The notes under the pieces: model-generated | Told to the model about the DNA's origin: nothing | The model's input: the letters and a program-made list of their open reading frames with translations, nothing else | The model's database searches: none | Part shown: in pieces, positions 12,357 to 25,074 of the stretch | Layout: each line of letters opens with the position of its first letter | Position numbering within the stretch: position 1 is the stretch's first letter | Made by a program: the position numbers and the translations under genes | Assembly (NCBI RefSeq): GCF_001194135.2 | Contig: NC_068991.1 | Coordinates: 3,571,224 to 3,613,844 of the forward strand | From: Octopus bimaculoides | Taxonomy: Eukaryota | Reading direction: 5' to 3' | Length of the DNA: 42,621 nucleotides

Positions 12357-12801
12357 TGATGATGATACCAGTTGCGTACTGGGGTCGATCTAATCGACTG
12401 GCACCCTCCCCCCCAAAAAATTTCGGGCCTTGTGCCTAGAGTAGAAAAGGATAATTATGATGACGACGACGACGACGAAGACGGTGATCATTATGGCGAC
12501 GAAGATAACGATGACGTTCTTGATGGTGATGATGATGATGATGATGGTGATGATGGTGGTGATGATGGTGATGATGATGGTGATGATGATGTTGACGAGG
12601 GTGACTACTATTCACATTGACACAAGGTCACAAATCTGTAAGAGATGACCACCACCACCACCACCATAATCGATCTAATCGAACATGTGCATGTTTGATT
12701 GAGCTACCTGTTAATTCATGGTCGGCCAAAGGTTTTGACCCGCTAGAAACAATAGACAAGTCGCCGTCAAACAAAACATCACTACCGTCCGGATAACACA
12801 A

Positions 12802-12882
<81 letters not shown>

Positions 12883-13684
12883 AAGAAGAAGAAGAAGAAG
12901 AAGAATAACGGAATGGTGGTGGCGGCGGCGGTGACGGAATGCTACGCTTTTAATCATATGTTATCTGCAGTTCGATCAGTTGACAGCCGAGGGCTAAATA
13001 ACGACAATAATCGATGAGAGATCGAAAGGCTGAGTCGATTCTCTGCCGCTCCTGAGGTGAATTGAAACTGAGAAAGTACAAACGGAATGTAACGCAACGA
13101 AGCGAGATATTTATAGGACGGCGCTCCATCTGTTTCTGACCACACGATACATACACATATATATATATGTATGTATAAATGGAACAAAAACGCAATAGAG
13201 GATAATAAAAACATTCGGACAGATGGACGAGACAAAGGTGGACAAGAGAAACAACAATTAGAAAGACAGGCAACAAAAAGAGGGGTCATTCGTGGCTTTC
13301 TTTCCTCAGTCAAGTCCCAGAAGTCATGACCATTTCGGGCAGTTACACTTGAGATGGTTCGATCTGGCTGCCCCAATATATATATATATATATATCTGTC
13401 TATCCATCTATATATCTGTCTATGTATGTATGTATGTATGTATAAATATGTATGTATGTAACGATTTCTTTGGCGAATGCTAAAAACATTTGAAAGAATA
13501 ATAAGGCAAGGCTAGGGGGCAACTACCCCCAGAACATGACTGGTATTTATATATTTTTTCGGTCTATAAAAGAGCACACAAGCAAGATTTGAACTAAGAA
13601 TGCAAAAGGACACAGCGAAATATTGCCCACCCCCCTCACACACACTGTTCTTTCGTAATAACAAGAAAAACCAACGGAGTCCTT

Positions 13685-13900
13685 ATGTGGTCGCTTGACC
13701 TGCTAGAAATAATAGTGAAATTCCTGTGACATCCAATACCTTATAATTTTTATTTGTTAAAAAAAAAATGGACGGATACATTACATAGTGTATGTAAGCC
13801 TAGATAGATTATGTCCAAAATTAATAGAGGGTGGTCAAGGCTGGAACGCTCCGATTATAGTTCAGCTTATGGTCAAAGCAGCTGGTCCTAGGCTAAAAAC
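13685..13900 (+). mobile_element. Family D short interspersed element (head GTGGTC.CT.GACCTGCTAGAAATAGCAGCC, 3' GGGCTAAAC + (AAC)n tail); at least 10 copies in the window
   Basis: Head motif on + at about 1012, 1701, 12061, 12741, 13700, 14003, 36660, 36855 and 37043, and on - at about 38789 and 42591. 3' ends at about 925, 1185, 13890, 36775 and 37210 (+) and 38145, 38640 and 42460 (-). No clear pol III A/B boxes. Confidence 0.7.
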
Positions 13901-14152
13901 ATCGTTTTATGCATTTTATATGACAGGAATGAATTAAGTTTATGTTCGACAACAATAAAAACGACAACAACAAAAATAGGGGACTCAATGTGGATGCTCG
14001 TTCTGCTAGATATAGCAGCCAAACCTCCGTCTAATTGTAATCCCAGGTAGACAATGCCTTTCTGCCATGACCAGACAGTCCTGGCTTCACTGATTTCGAA
14101 GTCCTGCATAATTCACAGCTGACTTGAGGTTACACGGAAACAACAGCGAGCA

Positions 14153-14272
<120 letters not shown>

Positions 14273-14344
14273 GTCTGTCTGTCTGTCTGTCAGTCAATCA
14301 CTGTCTATCGATAGATAGACAGACAGATATATAGACAGACAAAC

Positions 14345-14384
<40 letters not shown>

Positions 14385-14812
14385 GGACACGTCGAACTCA
14401 TGCCAGCAGGCAACATGGATGTTAAAGGATATGCTTGTATGTATGTATGTATGTATGTACAGGTGTGTGTGTGTGTGTGTGTGCATGTACATAAACGTGT
14501 TTGTAGTTGTATGTTTTGATGTAATGTCATTCTGCAATTAACAACATTTTAACATGATCTTATGCGTGTGTGTGTGTAAGTATGACTACGTATGTGTGTA
14601 TATCTATATACATATATATATATAGGATGGCATACCTGCATGTGATGTCGTCTTGTAGTTTTCCTCCAGTAGTCTCTTAAGTGCGCAAAATTCCAAGTTC
14701 TGTAGATTCGTCTTGCTGTCTGTACAAGACACACGCATTCCAACACCGTTGATAGACAGACAGGATAGATAGGCAGATAGATAGATAGACAGATAGACAG
14801 ACAGACAGACAG

Positions 14813-14843
<31 letters not shown>

Positions 14844-14849
14844 GATAGG

Positions 14850-14895
<46 letters not shown>

Positions 14896-15199
14896 TGTGA
14901 AGTGTTCGCGCGTGGATTGTGTGTGTATTATAACAATAATATAAGAAAAAGGAAAAAAAAATGGAAAGAGAGAAAAATGGTTTGATATACAACACAGTCA
15001 AGGTGTAATCTGTAGAAATACACACGCGCGCACTCACACACACTTCCACCCGACAAAAAATAATAATAAACAAATAAAATATCAGTCCGGGTAGTTGGCG
15101 AAATTCTCGGGTATTGCGAACGAACCTCTCCTGTCGAGCTCTCAATGAGAGACTGAATGAAATAATCTCAGGTTTTTGAAATCGGAGGCGAAGTATGTA

Positions 15200-15887
15200 C
15201 TTAGGACTGCCATGTCTCTCTCTGCCTTCTCCTCTCCCCTCTCTCGATCGGTCTGTGTTTTGTAAGCTCCTCTTACTCCGTTTCTCTCTTTGTCTTTCTA
15301 ACCTCTCTCTCTCTCTCTCTCTAGTTACTCCGTCCCTCTCTGTCTTTCTAATCTCCCTTCCTCTCTCTCTTTCTTTCTCTCCCTTTCTCTCACGTAATCT
15401 CATGTTTCTCCCTCGCTGTCCCCGTCTCCTCTCCCCTCCTCTTTCGCCCTCTCTCTTTTCTTATCTCTTCACTCATATCTCTCCCTTCTCCTCTCGCAAA
15501 TGCCTTGTCCTTTCGTTATTGTCAAGCCAACTTTTTACTCCACTCTCTCATATACATGTTCCTTTCACTCACTCACTCTCTCTCTCTCTCTCTCTTTCGC
15601 TAACTCATTACTTACACACTCTCTCTCCTCTCTCTTTTCATTTAACACATATATACTCCCCTCTCTTTCAATAACTAACTCTACTTCACCCTCTTTTTCA
15701 CTTACAACTTACCGATCACTACTCTTTCATCCCCTTCCCTCTCTCTCTCTCTCTCTCTTAACCTTTCTGCCTACCTTTTCATTCATTGCTAGCATTTCTT
15801 CTTTTTTCCTCATACTTTCTCTCTTTCGCTCTTTTTGTCTACCTGTCTATTTCTTTCTCTCTCCCTCTTCCTCTATCTATCTATCTG

Positions 15888-15923
<36 letters not shown>

Positions 15924-15932
15924 CCTGTCTCA

Positions 15933-15982
<50 letters not shown>

Positions 15983-16315
15983 CTTTCTCTGCTCTCTCTT
16001 GCTCGTTCTTTCTTCTCTCTTTCTCTCCCCGTCTCTCAACTTCCTTCTCTCTTTTCTCTTCTCTCACTCTCTCTCTCTCTCTCTGTTCCTCCCTTTCTCT
16101 GCTTCCCTGTCTCTCTTTCATAAACCATTTCACTTCAGAAAAACTTTCGATCTCTCCCTCCACCCCCTTCACCTCTCTTTCTCTCTCACTCGTGCATTCC
16201 TACACTCTCTCGCTTACCCTTACTCTATCTCTTTCCCTCTCTCCTTAACATTCTCATCCTCTCCCTCTCTGTCTCTCTCTCTCTCTCTCCCTCTTACTCT
16301 CTCGCTAACTTAATA
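15200..16315. repeat. Pyrimidine-rich (CT)n/(CTAT)n tract of about 1.1 kb
   Basis: Strongly C/T-biased on +. Confidence 0.9.
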
Positions 16316-16546
16316 CTAGAAGCAGTAGTGTAGTAGTAGTAGTAGTCGTAATAGTAGTAGTAGTGACGGACTGTAAGTTGGAGAATCTCCCCTTCTGATT
16401 GGCCAGCAGTTTTACGTCACATTCGTTCGTGACTCATAATTTATTAACGATCAGCTCGCAAGCACTCACACGCACAGACACACGCGCTTCGCATATTGGC
16501 AGCAATCTCCCTCCCCCCCTCTCTCTCTCTCTCTCTCTCTAACCCT

Positions 16547-16586
<40 letters not shown>

Positions 16587-16998
16587 TTCTCGATCACACA
16601 CACACACACACACATATGTATATAAATATTTCTGTATATACACAAAGGGCGAGAGATATACGTACGGTGTCGTATATATGAATTCATACGTTTACATTCC
16701 AGCACACACACACACACATTGTTAAACATCTCAGCAGTAAAAAGCATGTTTCGCATACCTACAATATACCATATTTCGTCTCCTACATTCTCCCTCTCTG
16801 TTTTCGTTTTCTCTTTCACACACAGTACACATACGCATGCATATACACGTCTAGACATAGCCACGCACGCACATACAGGCACACATACGCATACACACGC
16901 ACACACGCGTACACACACGCACACATGTGCACACACAAGCACGTGTATATATATATATATATATATGTATTGATAGAAATGGTAAGACAACAATATAA

Positions 16999-17204
16999 GG
17001 GTGGCTGTGTGGTAAGTAGCTTGCTTACCAACCACATGGTTCCGGGTTCAGTCCCACTGCATGGCGCCTTGGGCAAGTGTCCTTTACTATAGCCTCGGGC
17101 CGACCAAAGTCTTGAGTAGATTTGGTAGACGGAAACTGAAAGAAGCCCGTCGTATATATGTATATATATGTGTGTGTGTGTGTTTGTGTTTGTCCCCCCC
17201 CCCC
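16999..17204 (+). mobile_element. SINE family A, 5' half (cut by a gap)
   Basis: Near-identical to 30481-30710. Confidence 0.85.
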
Positions 17205-17402
17205 NNNNNNNNNNNNNNNNNNNNNNNNNNNNNNNNNNNNNNNNNNNNNNNNNNNNNNNNNNNNNNNNNNNNNNNNNNNNNNNNNNNNNNNNNNNNNNNN
17301 NNNNNNNNNNNNNNNNNNNNNNNNNNNNNNNNNNNNNNNNNNNNNNNNNNNNNNNNNNNNNNNNNNNNNNNNNNNNNNNNNNNNNNNNNNNNNNNNNNNN
17401 NN

Positions 17403-17443
<41 letters not shown>

Positions 17444-18016
17444 CATGAGATTGAGCAAAATTACATGTGTCAGAGTGCCAAGCACTCAATGTAATAAAGA
17501 TAGAGTTAATTTATTCTCACGGTCTCGAATCAAGTCACTTGCCAGACAAGTACATCTCTGTGATTCGTATATTCTCTCACAGATACAGAAAGAAACCTCG
17601 TTGATGTGTGACAGGTATTAGTTTCAAGAATGCTCAAACAGGTCGACTACCAGTCTTCAGACATAGGTTGCTATCTTAGCACCTTGAAGGCTCACCTATA
17701 AACTGCTTCTGTTGCGCGTAACGAATCTTTTATTCAATGATTTAATGAAGACATCACTGATTTTTCAATCATTGTTTCCCTACATCAGCGACAACGGATA
17801 CTGTCCTAGCATGCGGTTGCCATATAAGAACAATATCCGGACTATATAAACAATTCTGAATTTGTTTGTTATATTGCCAAAAATAGAATGAAGCAGTTGA
17901 ATCTATTATAAAGTGGCGTTTCCATTTGTCCAGTTCCTAAGTGAATGTGTGTGTGTGTGTGTGTGCTGATGTGTGTGTATATATGTATGTATGCAAAGGC
18001 GAGTGGCCTAGTGGTT

Positions 18017-18113
<97 letters not shown>

Positions 18114-18180
18114 CAGAGAGACAGAGAGGAAGAGCGATAGAGAGAGCGAGAAGGAAGGAGAGAGGGAGAGAGAGAGAATC

Positions 18181-18582
18181 TTTTACTTGTTTCAGTCATT
18201 GGACTGCGCCCATCCTGGGACACCGCCATGGCGGATTTTGTCGAACATATCGACCGCAGTACTAATTTTTAAAAACTCAGGTTTATTATAATCGTTATTA
18301 TATCGTTATCATTTACCTAAACCGCTAAGTTACTTGGACGTAAACAAACCAACACCACCAGTTGTCAAGCGGTTGTGGGGTAACAAATAGTAGCACCAAG
18401 ATACACAGACACATATATATACATATATACGGATAAAGAAAGGGCTTCTTTGAGTTTCCATCTGCCAAATCCACTCACAGGGCTTTGGTGGGCCCGTGGC
18501 TATAGCAGAAGACTCTCGCTCAGGGTGCTACACAGTGGAACTGAACCATGTGTTTCGGAAGCAAACATCGTACCACACAACC
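18181..18582 (-). mobile_element. SINE family A, diverged near-full copy
   Basis: Reverse complement matches the head, core and tail (TTTTACTTGTTTCAGTCATT) of 30481-30890. Confidence 0.8.
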
Positions 18583-18858
18583 AAGCATAATTTTCCCAAT
18601 TGCTGATTGTAGATTTGTAGATGTCCGGTTTGAAACGTGGGTTTATTTGTTTATCAATCACATGGTACCGATGAGCAGTGTTATGTTAGTTGTGACAATC
18701 TGTTTGACAAGACCAGACAATGGCACCGTGATAACGTCGTCGGATTGGCGATATGACAATAGCAAGATCTGCTTAAGGTTCGCACACTAAAACACATTAT
18801 ATATATATATTCGTCTGATAGCATCTTATCGTCTTAAAAATGCGAAGGACATACATAT

Positions 18859-19077
18859 TGTTGTTAAATGCTCGAAATACGAGAGTAGAAAAACAGCCAA
18901 CAACTGATGAAGGGTCGTTCATTATGCTACTTGTCTTGTTTTCCATTTGTGTCTTTCGTTGTTTGAAGAAATAGTTCATATTCCACGTATTCGTACTTCG
19001 TATTTTTTTGTTCTACACGTTTCATGACGTCCTGTGCCCACATATGCATACATATGTACATATAGATGTAAGCATGT
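18859..19077 (+). repeat. Unclassified repeat of about 220 bp (inverted copy at 20598-20819; diverged partial relative at about 32270-32398)
   Basis: Block-by-block reverse-complement match, e.g. CTGATGAAGGGTCGTTC versus GAACGACCCTTCATCAG, and TTTCATGACGTCCTGTGC versus GCACAGGACGTCATGAAA. Confidence 0.8.
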
Positions 19078-19092
19078 ATATATATGTATGTA

Positions 19093-19123
<31 letters not shown>

Positions 19124-19324
19124 NNNNNNNNNNNNNNNNNNNNNNNNNNNNNNNNNNNNNNNNNNNNNNNNNNNNNNNNNNNNNNNNNNNNNNNNNNNNN
19201 NNNNNNNNNNNNNNNNNNNNNNNNNNNNNNNNNNNNNNNNNNNNNNNNNNNNNNNNNNNTATATATATTATTTATATTATATATATTAACCCAACCAATG
19301 GCTTATGAGTGAATATTATACACA

Positions 19325-19575
19325 GAAACTATGTGGAAGCCCATAATAAATGTGTGAGTGCACGTATGTGTGTGTGTATCGTTGTTTATTTCCCTCATCA
19401 CTTGACAACCGGTGCTGGTTTGTTTGTGTCATAGCGATTCAACAAGAAACCGATAGGATGAGTATCAAACTTTAAAATGAAAGTACTGGGGGTGGGGGTG
19501 GGTCTATCTATTCAACTAAAACTATTCAAGGCGTTGCTGCAGCATGGACACAATCCAATGACTGAAACAAGTTGT
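19325..19575 (+). mobile_element. SINE family A, 3' part (similar fragments at 20325-20418, 24605-24705, 26225-26396, 33415-33485, 35150-35245, 35563-35705, 39960-40135, and 40245-40322 on -)
   Basis: Shared blocks CTTGACAACCG.TG.TGG, CAGCATGG and TGACTGAAACAAGT. Confidence 0.7.
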
Positions 19576-20421
19576 ATATGCATGCTTGTATCTATATATA
19601 AATTATGCTTGTGTGTACGTACGTACGTATGTATGTATGTATGTATGTTTGTATGTATGTGTGTACATACGTACGTATGCATGCATGCATGTATGTATGT
19701 ATGTATGTATGTATGTATGTATGTATGTATGTATGTATGCACACGTTTGCCTTTAGAATTTCAAGCCTGAGTAAAAGAGTAATTAATACATGGAGTAGAA
19801 TTTGTTTATTTCTAGAAAGTCGATGATGATTCACTCCCTAACTACTCGGAGTGAATCATCAACTATACATGCATACATACATACATAAATGCATACATAC
19901 ATAAATGCATACATATTTGTGCATATGTATGTGTGTATGTATAAACATATATAAACAGAGAGAGAGAGAGAGACCAACGGAGGGTTTCGTTGTTGGTCTC
20001 CATTTACCCGTACATAATTTTGTGTGAGAGCAACGAATATATTTATAGAACAGTTCTAGAAGATTCTCGTTTCATTGTATCCTAAGTATATGCAACCATA
20101 TTTCGTTCAGCTGTCATCATATACCCGATATTTAAGCGTATATTGAGAGACATTGATATAGAAATCTATGCACTGGTTCCATTATTGACCGAGAATGGAC
20201 CTGAGGAATGTTATCGCTCTCATTGTGTCCGAGATGAACAAAATGCTTCATGAAGGACAAAAGACATGCAACAATGGTGTGTGGAATTTAAAAAGAAGCT
20301 CGTTTTGTAACCATATGCTTCGGTTCAATCCCACTGGGCGGTACCTTGGGCCAGTGGCTTCTACTATAGCCGCGGGCCATCATTTTGCCTTGTGAGAGAT
20401 TTTGGTAGATAGAAACGTAAA

Positions 20422-20595
20422 GGCGGCGAGTTGGCAGAAAGGCTAGCACGTCGGGCGAAATGCTTAGTGGTATTTCGTCTACCGCTACGTTCTGTGTTCA
20501 AATTCCGCCGAGGTCGACTTTGCCTTTCATCCTTTCGGAGTCGATAAATTAAGTGCCAGTTACGCATTGGGGTCGATGTAATCGACTTAATCCGT
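20422..20595 (+). mobile_element. tRNA-derived SINE, family B
   Basis: Head GGCGGCGAGTTGGCAGAA, B-box-like GTTCAAATTCC, and body GAGGTCGACTTTGCCTTTCATCCTTTCGG.GTCGATAAA shared with 1211-1420, 34880-35110 and 36398-36598. Confidence 0.8.
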
Positions 20596-20938
20596 CGCAT
20601 ACTTACATCTATACGTACATGTGTATATATACATACGTGAGCACAGGACGTCATGAAATGTGTACAACAAAAAAGTACGAAGCACGAGTACATGGAACAT
20701 AAACTATTTTTTCGAACAACAAAAGACACAAATGGAAAGCAAAACAAACAACATAAAGAACGACCCTTCATCAGTTATTGGCTGTTTTTCTAGTCTCGTA
20801 TTTCGGGCATTTAACAACATAAAACAGTTGTATTTTAACGCCTGTCCATTGTCCGGAAATCTTTCGCCACTACAGAGAAGAAGAAATACACACACATGGA
20901 GAAACACAAACATACCACGCCCAGGGGCAAGAATAGTG

Positions 20939-20992
<54 letters not shown>

Positions 20993-20995
<3 letters not shown>

Positions 20996-21300
20996 GTACA
21001 AGTACACATACGAAATGAGATAATTCGAGGACGGGGCGGAGTAACCGACGTGATCACAGATTACCGAAAGCACAAGTTCCGCTGGTCCGAACATATCGCA
21101 AGTTTCACAGACAAGTGGACCTGTGCAGTTGCTTAGTGGTATCCAAGAAACGGAAAATACCACTTGGAAGGCCTCCTCGACGATAGGAAGACGATTTATT
21201 TAAGTAACTTCGGTCAAGAATGGAAACGAATAACTCAATGAGGACAGAATTTGAAGGACATTGTGGTCAACGGTGTATGACAGCATCTGAAGGTCAGGTC
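20993..21300 (+). mobile_element. RTE-clade LINE, 3' end of ORF (remnant)
   Basis: HIRNEIIRGRGGVTDVITDYRKHKFRWSEHIA...W.P...PLGRPPRR*EDD matches the conserved RTE C-terminal pattern (LRW.GHV.R; RP.GRP..RW.D), with stops and a frameshift. Confidence 0.8.
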
Positions 21301-21623
21301 CATGCTGTGAGAGTTTGAATCAAATGGTTTTGATCCATATATGGATATAGGTGAGTAGACATAATATCAAGCCAAAAGGAAGAATTCAATAGTACCATTT
21401 ATATATATATATATATATTATACGCATGGGTTCAAAATAGTACCACCATTGCTAAAACTAAGGGTAAAAACGACTCAAAAGCCACAAAAAGCACTAACTC
21501 AATAAGTTGACGAAAGTGAGGAAGCGAGAAAGCTTATTGAATTCGTGCTATTTATGTCATTTTGTGTTATTTTTGACTCTTGTTTCTAGCATGTATGTAT
21601 GTATGTATGTATGTATGTGTGTA

Positions 21624-21668
<45 letters not shown>

Positions 21669-23039
21669 CACACATGTTGGGTAAACAAATGGTAGGAGAG
21701 TTCTCGATATGAAGTAGAATGTATTTTGTTTCTAAAATAGTTGATGACTAAGTTTGTTCTTGGAGTTTCCCGCCACAAGGTCATTACGATTTACGAAGAC
21801 ACATGAATGATGAACGGAGTGATTCATCAGGTGTTCATAACGTGTTTNNNNNNNNNNNNNNNNNNNNNNNNNNNNNNNNNNNNNNNNNNNNNNNNNNNNN
21901 NNNNNNNNNNNNNNNNNNNNNNNNNNNNNNNNNNNNNNNNNNNNNNNNNNNNNNNNNNNNNNNNNNNNNNNNNNNNNNNNNNNNNNNNNNNNNNNNNNNN
22001 NNNNNNNNNNNNNNNNNNNNNNNNNNNNNNNNNNNNNNNNNNNNNNNNNNNNNNNNNNNNNNNNNNNNNNNNNNNNNNNNNNNNNNNNNNNNNNNNNNNN
22101 NNNNNNNNNNNNNNNNNNNNNNNNNNNNNNNNNNNNNNNNNNNNNNNNNNNNNNNNNNNNNNNNNNNNNNNNNNNNNNNNNNNNNNNNNNNNNNNNNNNN
22201 NNNNNNNNNNNNNNNNNNNNNNNNNNNNNNNNNNNNNNNNNNNNNNNNNNNNNNNNNNNNNNNNNNNNNNNNNNNNNNNNNNNNNNNNNNNNNNNNNNNN
22301 NNNNNNNNNNNNNNNNNNNNNNNNNNNNNNNNNNNNNNNNNNNNNNNNNNNNNNNNNNNNNNNNNNNNNNNNNNNNNNNNNNNNNNNNNNNNNNNNNNNN
22401 NNNNNNNNNNNNNNNNNNNNNNNNNNNNNNNNNNNNNNNNNNNNNNNNNNNNNNNNNNNNNNNNNNNNNNNNNNNNNNNNNNNNNNNNNNNNNNNNNNNN
22501 NNNNNNNNNNNNNNNNNNNNNNNNNNNNNNNNNNNNNNNNNNNNNNNNNNNNNNNNNNNNNNNNNNNNNNNNNNNNNNNNNNNNNNNNNNNNNNNNTATA
22601 TATATATATATGTATATATATCAAAACGATGTATTATAACACTATATATATATATATGTACATATATATATATATACACACATACATACATACATACATA
22701 CATACATACATACATACGTATGTATGTATGTATGTATGTATGTATGTATGTATGTTTGTATGTATGTAAGTGCTAGAGCTTGCACCGTGAGACATTACCT
22801 CCATCAGCTGCCGATTGGGTCATACGTAGACAACAAAGACTTCGTTTCCTCCCGATACTTCCCTTTCCCCAGCGTCGCACCCTCCAACATTGATTGAAAC
22901 AGTGAATGCCCAGATCTTTTTTGCCCACGCTGTAGCACGCGTTTACCCTGATTCTGAGACACATGCAACCAGCTTATCAAACCAGAATTACCTGCAGAAA
23001 CATGCAACGAGTACTTGTTTTAGATACGTTACCGCCATA

Positions 23040-23120
<81 letters not shown>

Positions 23121-23174
23121 CACACACAGCTGGCTGGAGCGAACGCTGGATATAGCTGTGGGGGCGCCGGGTGC

Positions 23175-23223
23175 TCGCGACTGAAGACAGGCCAAGCAGC
23201 TCGAAACTGAGTCAGTCCCGCGA
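23175..23223 (+). ncRNA. Degenerate type I hammerhead ribozyme motif
   Basis: UCGCGA-CUGAAGA-caggccaagcagcuc-GAAA-CUG[agu]CAG-UC/CCGCGA. Core intact, 4-bp stem III, GUC site, 5-bp stem I with a mismatched first pair, imperfect stem II. Confidence 0.5.
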
Positions 23224-23805
23224 TCCTGTATCTGCTGGAGGATGGTGGCGGGTGAGGATCGCTGTCGTCTGCGCAGTTTTCTTCCAATTGCCAAATTCCA
23301 TTTTCAATGTATTAGGTAGCCAATGGCTAGAGTTGGAAGCTACGCTCTTGCCCTTATTTCCGAAGATCCTCGCCGTACGGACGAACCGGAAACTCTTGCA
23401 GGGGGTGATGCGAACTTTGTCCCTCATTCAGACCGCTACACTTGCACCAAAAACTGACAGTGAATTGACACGCAAAGTAAAATGTCACACTTAATATCAG
23501 AAGGTTCTATTTTTAGTATGAAGGACGAAATTCAAACAACAAACTACTTCATTTTAATATAACGTCTCATCAAAAAAGATGGGACATGCGGAAAACTAAG
23601 TGGATCCTAACAAGAGCTGAGCCAAAATATCCGGTCTAGCGTACCCTCCCATCTTAAGTATCGCACTCACGCAAACATTTTAGCTTTGTCACGTCATCTC
23701 ATGAGAGTCACGAGATGGAGATTTTAATATCTACTTTTATTTTGCACGCGCGTACTCATGCATATTTCTGTATGCATGCATGCGTGTATATATATATATA
23801 TTTAT

Positions 23806-23835
23806 GTGTTTCCATTATTTTGTCCAACCCCTGTA
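23806..23835 (-). mobile_element. Solitary Tc1/mariner-type terminal inverted repeat
   Basis: Reverse complement TACAGGGGTTGGACAAAATAATGGAAACAC is a typical Tc1 TIR starting from the TA target. No partner is visible, and a gap begins at 23851. Confidence 0.65.
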
Positions 23836-24299
23836 CATACATACATATATNNNNNNNNNNNNNNNNNNNNNNNNNNNNNNNNNNNNNNNNNNNNNNNNNN
23901 NNNNNNNNNNNNNNNNNNNNNNNNNNNNNNNNNNNNNNNNNNNNNNNNNNNNNNNNNNNNNNNNNNNNNNNNNNNNNNNNNNNNNNNNNNNNNNNNNNNN
24001 NNNNNNNNNNNNNNNNNNNNNNNNNNNNNNNNNNNNNNNNNNNNNNNNNNNNNNNNNNNNNNNNNNNNNNNNNNNNNNNNNNNNNNNNNNNNNNNNNNNN
24101 NNNNNNNNNNNNNNNNNNNNNNNNNNNNNNNNNNNNNNNNNNNNNNNNNNNNNNNNNNNNNNNNNNNNNNNNNNNNNNNNNNNNNNNNNNNNNNNNNNNN
24201 NNNNNNNNNNNNNNNNNNNNNNNNNNNNNNNNNNNNNNNNNNNNNNNNNNNNNNNNNNNNNNNNNNNNNNNNNNNNNNNNNNNNNNNNNNNNNNNNNNN

Positions 24300-24328
<29 letters not shown>

Positions 24329-24330
<2 letters not shown>

Positions 24331-24598
24331 CCCAGCAAAAGTTAACAGTGGTGTCCCTCAAGGGACTGTATTAGGCCCGCTTCTCTTTATAGTCTACATA
24401 ACGACATTTTCAGCGCCATAAAACACAGCAAAGTGAAAATATTTGCTGTTGACTCTAAGCTCCAGAAAATTATCAATGAAGAAGAAGACCGAACTCAACT
24501 CCATCTCATCTCCATGCTGTTCGTCAATGTGCAGACAAAAACAAAATGCAGCCAAGCGAGGAACATATGAACTGATGCATTTTCGAAGAATAAGTACC
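24329..24598 (+). mobile_element. CR1/L2-type LINE reverse-transcriptase remnant
   Basis: SGVPQGTVLGPLLFIVYI, then after a frameshift NDIFSAIKHSKVKIFAVDSKL, giving the RT PQG motif and a degenerate FADD. Confidence 0.85.
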
Positions 24599-24867
24599 AA
24601 ACATTAAAGAAAAGGACTGGGGTTGATTTGTTCGACCCAAGGCATTGCCCCAGCATGGCCGTAGTCCAATGACTGAAACCAGTAAAAGATAATAAAATAA
24701 ATGATGTAAGAGTCTATTAATGTTACTACTATTGTTTTTCTTGTTGTTTTGGATTTCATGCATCACTCAAAATTGCACGAGTTTGGTCACGTTGCGTTCT
24801 ACTTTAAAGAGGTGTCTTTTCCAAGAGGCTCCTCTTACAGTTCACCTTTCCCTCCACACACCCTCTC

Positions 24868-24936
<69 letters not shown>

Positions 24937-25074
24937 CCGTTAAAACTTCACAAATCCGGTTGAAATGACCTCATACGTACATATGCATAAGCAACTGTTG
25001 TGAATTCCTTACAGCTTAGTTTCTCGTTATTCCGGGTTGTCCTTCGTTCTTGTCAAGTGGTAAATATTTGTGGA

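Noticed and set aside
17600-17670. Minus-strand CUGAAGA...GAAAC...GUC motif
   Set aside because: Only a 3-bp stem I and no credible stem II or III; consistent with chance.
18868-18920. Circularly permuted (type II) hammerhead in the 220-bp repeat (GAAA...CTGATGA-AGGG; also 20760-20812 on -)
   Set aside because: Stem II can be drawn, but there is no stem I hairpin before CUGAUGA and no UH site correctly placed after stem III.
20195-20320. Possible mariner N-terminal fragment (QQWCVEFKK)
   Set aside because: The resemblance is limited to a few residues, with no TIR or catalytic region nearby.
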